From positions 1,364,001 through 1,428,000 of the forward strand of contig CBFFRQ010000069.1 of assembly GCA_965644315.1 (NCBI GenBank): a DNA stretch of 64,000 nucleotides, in the 5' to 3' direction. A model generated the notes under the pieces. It worked only from the letters and a program-made list of their open reading frames with translations. It was not told where the DNA came from and made no database searches. The DNA comes from Caecitellus pseudoparvulus. Lineage: Eukaryota > Protista > Bigyra: Bicosoecida. The position numbers and the translations under genes are program-made. Of this stretch, positions 61,301-64,000 are shown in pieces; positions within the stretch are counted from its first letter, which is position 1, and every line of letters starts with the position of its first letter.

Positions 61301-64000
61301 TCGGTGCACGTTGGTTTGGTGTACAATGCCACTACACTGGGCGAGCACTTCTATGCTCGCCTTGTCGATGGCACCCTCCTGCAGGCAGACGGCGCCACTG
61401 ATGCAGAACAGTTCAGCGACTTTGCACCCGGAGAACCTTCCCATGCAGGGGGGGCGCAAGGCGACTGTGTCTACACCGATGGAGCGGAGCTGTTTGATGG
61501 ACCGTGCGGCGACACGCGACTCGCAGTGTGTCAAATGCGAGTCCCTGGCATCACATCAGACGCACAGAGTCGACAGGGTCTGTCTTTGGAGCCACACGTC
61601 GATCGAGGCGCCATGCCGTATGTTCGATTCCACGGAGCTTGCCCCACGCCAAGCCCCTCTGTGTCAGCCACGGCCACACCTACGAGCTCTAGCACACCCT
61701 CCACTTCAGGCACCCCATCCTCCACCTCCAGTGTAACAAGCACGCCCTCCACTTCAGGCACCCCATCCCCCACTCAGAGTTCGACAGGCACGCCCTCCGT
61801 CTCTGGCACAGGGACCCCCTCACAGTCCACAACAGCGACGGCGTCACCGTCTGCGACAACATCGTCCACCTCCACCCCTTCACTCACCGGTTCCCCGACC
61901 CGTTCCTCGTCTGGGACGCCCACGCCAAGCGCATCGAGCTCAAGAACGGCCACGAAGACGCCCACTTCGAGCGCCTACCACACTCCGTCCCAGACAAGCA
62001 GCCCTTCATCAAGCGGGTCTGAAACAGTCACAACTTCCTCTACAGCAGTACCTTCTTTGTCCCCATCGTCCAGTATCACTGCCAAGGCTTCATCTTCAGC
62101 CCTGCCAACGGAGTCCGCGACTGCGAGCCACACTGCCGACGCGACACGCTCGCCAACAAGCACCTGCTCAGCTTCCAGCACACCCAGCCACAGTAGTGTT
62201 CTGCCCCCAGGCCATGTTCCCTCTGCTTCCAGCACGCCCTCGCAGACCAGCCGCCCCCTAGTCCCTGTATCTCCGACGCGCACCTCGAAGGCAACACCCA
62301 GCTCGGCGAGCACCCCAGCTGCCACGCGCCAGCCAGGCACGACACCCACTGCCACGGCCAGCAATTCGGCACCTCCGCTCCCCTACCTCACAACAGCTTC
62401 TCTACGTCAGTGGACGCTTCACCTCCTGCCTCACGAAACAGCTGCTTCGTATACGAGGGAGATCCTCATTCAAGCAGGGCCAAACGTCGTGTGGGGCCAG
62501 CCGCAGCCCGCCCCCTCTGCCAGTTCGTGGCTGAGTGCTGCCACGGCAGCCAGCGAGGTTGCAGGGGATGGACTTCTCACCTTGCAGGTAAACCCTCAGA
62601 GTATGCCGCCTGGTCTTCACAAAGCAAGCTTATCTGTGTCTGCACTCCGTGCACTGCAGGTCGAGCCCCCTGGCCGGCTGCGGGTTCAAGACCTACCTGC
62701 CGTGACGTTGCTTGTGCACGTACACGTTCTGGCACCAAAGCTCTCCATACAGCCAGGCTTCCTTGAGCTGTCCCTTCCTCCCGAGTCTTCAAGGAGGCTC
62801 CCTCTGAGACTGGAAAACGTGGGGACTGCGCCACTAACCTGGGCTGCCCAGCCAGACAATACTTCATGGCTAGTCCTGGGCGGCGCGCCGTTGTCCGGAG
62901 CCTTGGCCCCCGGATCAACTACCCTGCTTTCGGTGACCACAAACGCTAGTGCTGTCCCGACACTTGGGCGGTACTCAACCAGCCTCTCCTTCACATCAAA
63001 CGACGCTGCAGGTGTGCAGTCTCTGTCAGTGACCATGCTCGTCACCATCCTCCAGATACTGCCCAGCACTGCCCACCTGCCGGTTGAAAGTTGCAGGACT
63101 ACCACGAAAGATGTGCAGGTTGTGAGCCTGCTTGATACTGCAATTGGCATCGCCAGTGAACCAAGGGATCACTGCGGCGCCTCTGGACTGTGCGTCGAGA
63201 CCATTCACCTCGCAGGACCGCATCGCCTTGCTCCGCCCACCGTGCAGCGGCTGTTGCCAGGGAAAGGAGGGAAAGCATTCTTCAAGCTTCATGGAAGGTC
63301 ACTCTGTCCCGACTCACCAGCATATACAGACGCCGACATTCAAACCACTTCCGTGCGGCTGCTTGGCTCAGCGTGGCAAGCAGGACCACTTGAAACCTTG
63401 GATGAGCGAACACTCCCAGTTCAGCTCCAGCGTAAGCCTGGGCACGTCAGCGCCGAAAGAAGCTACTTTACCGCAGTGGTGGGACACAGCACCCTGGCTC
63501 CTTGCTTTTCGTCGTCAGCGACAGCGGACAGTCTGGTTCTTGTCTCCAACGCCCCGTCGCACTGCAGCAGCATCCGCATTGAGTTGCGGGATGCAAGCGG
63601 TGGATCCCCAAAGCTCGGAACCATTCCAAAAGTTGAGTGCTCTGAAACTCACTGTGTTGTGAGTTCCTCAGTACTGTCCCACACTCCGAACGCCACTGCA
63701 TTTACCTTACGACCCATGGCGGTGGGCGTATCCATGCTCAGGGTCAGCGTGGGTGGTCGGCGCGTCCACAGCGCTTCAGGAACCAGCATGCTTCGAGTGC
63801 AGGTCCTTCCCGCGGCTTGTGGCGCGGGCCAGATCACGACCGTCGATGGCATGGACTGTGAATGTGCCCAAGGGCATGCACGCCCCCCTGCTTCTGTGCA
63901 AGGGCAGTCCCTGGTGTGCCAGTCTTGTGATGCAGGCACCGTGCGCTTCGGGCCGGAAGCTGCCATGCCGCAGTGCACAGAGTGCCCGGTCGGCACGTTT
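58304..64000 (+). CDS. Large surface protein: 7 C-type lectin-like domains, Ser/Thr stalk, BACON/Ig-like and filamin-like domains, Cys-rich repeats; 5' end uncertain, runs off right edge
   Basis: Not in the ORF track because there is no stop in the window. Frame is open from 58832 to 64000 by my translation. CTLD1 CPATWTEHGDRCF..WDAAQARC..LATI..WLGLND spans introns about 58530-58597 and 58769-58829; further CTLDs start near 58900, 59278, 59722, 60209, 60646, 61069. Confidence 0.85.
61640..62370 (+). repeat. Ser/Thr/Pro-rich mucin-like low-complexity coding region
   Basis: TPSPSVSATATPTSSSTPSTSGTPSSTSSVTSTPSTSGTPS...; degenerate, with one near-exact duplication (ccctccacttcaggcaccccatcc twice). 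Confidence 0.85.

Overview
Gene-dense, GC-rich eukaryotic nuclear DNA, not prokaryotic. It has short GT-AG introns (about 60-140 nt, nearly all near gene 5' ends), Kozak-like starts, the standard genetic code (TAA, TAG and TGA all used) and very short intergenic gaps. A heterotrophic stramenopile-like protist is my inference from gene content and style. I reconstruct about 23 protein-coding genes in order: partial P-loop protein, ArfGAP-C2, PH protein with two coding tandem repeats, M18 aspartyl aminopeptidase, mitoribosomal mS35, kinesin-WW, SHPRH/Rad5-like SNF2-RING helicase, CCDC24-like, TMEM43, RNase HI, eRF3, DEK, dihydrolipoamide dehydrogenase, GBP-type GTPase, TPR membrane protein, Prp43/DHX15, SPCS3, SRP54, EF-hand/WD40 protein, an uncharacterised winged-helix plus CorA/DUF155-like membrane protein, RecQ helicase, and a head-to-head pair of large surface proteins. 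The second of that pair carries 7 C-type lectin domains, is missing from the ORF track and runs off the right edge. I saw no rRNA, tRNA, CRISPR array or transposon. The main leads are: (1) the divergent lectin/BACON/filamin/Cys-rich multi-TM receptor-like pair; (2) the winged-helix/CorA-like fusion at 46.7-49.5 kb; (3) an AATG[C/T]A motif shortly after about half of the stop codons, a candidate non-canonical poly(A) signal; (4) a GBP with a long coiled coil and PH-like tail; (5) a 23.5-copy G-quadruplex-prone coding minisatellite. Exon boundaries were read by eye and family calls come from remembered motifs; no searches were run.
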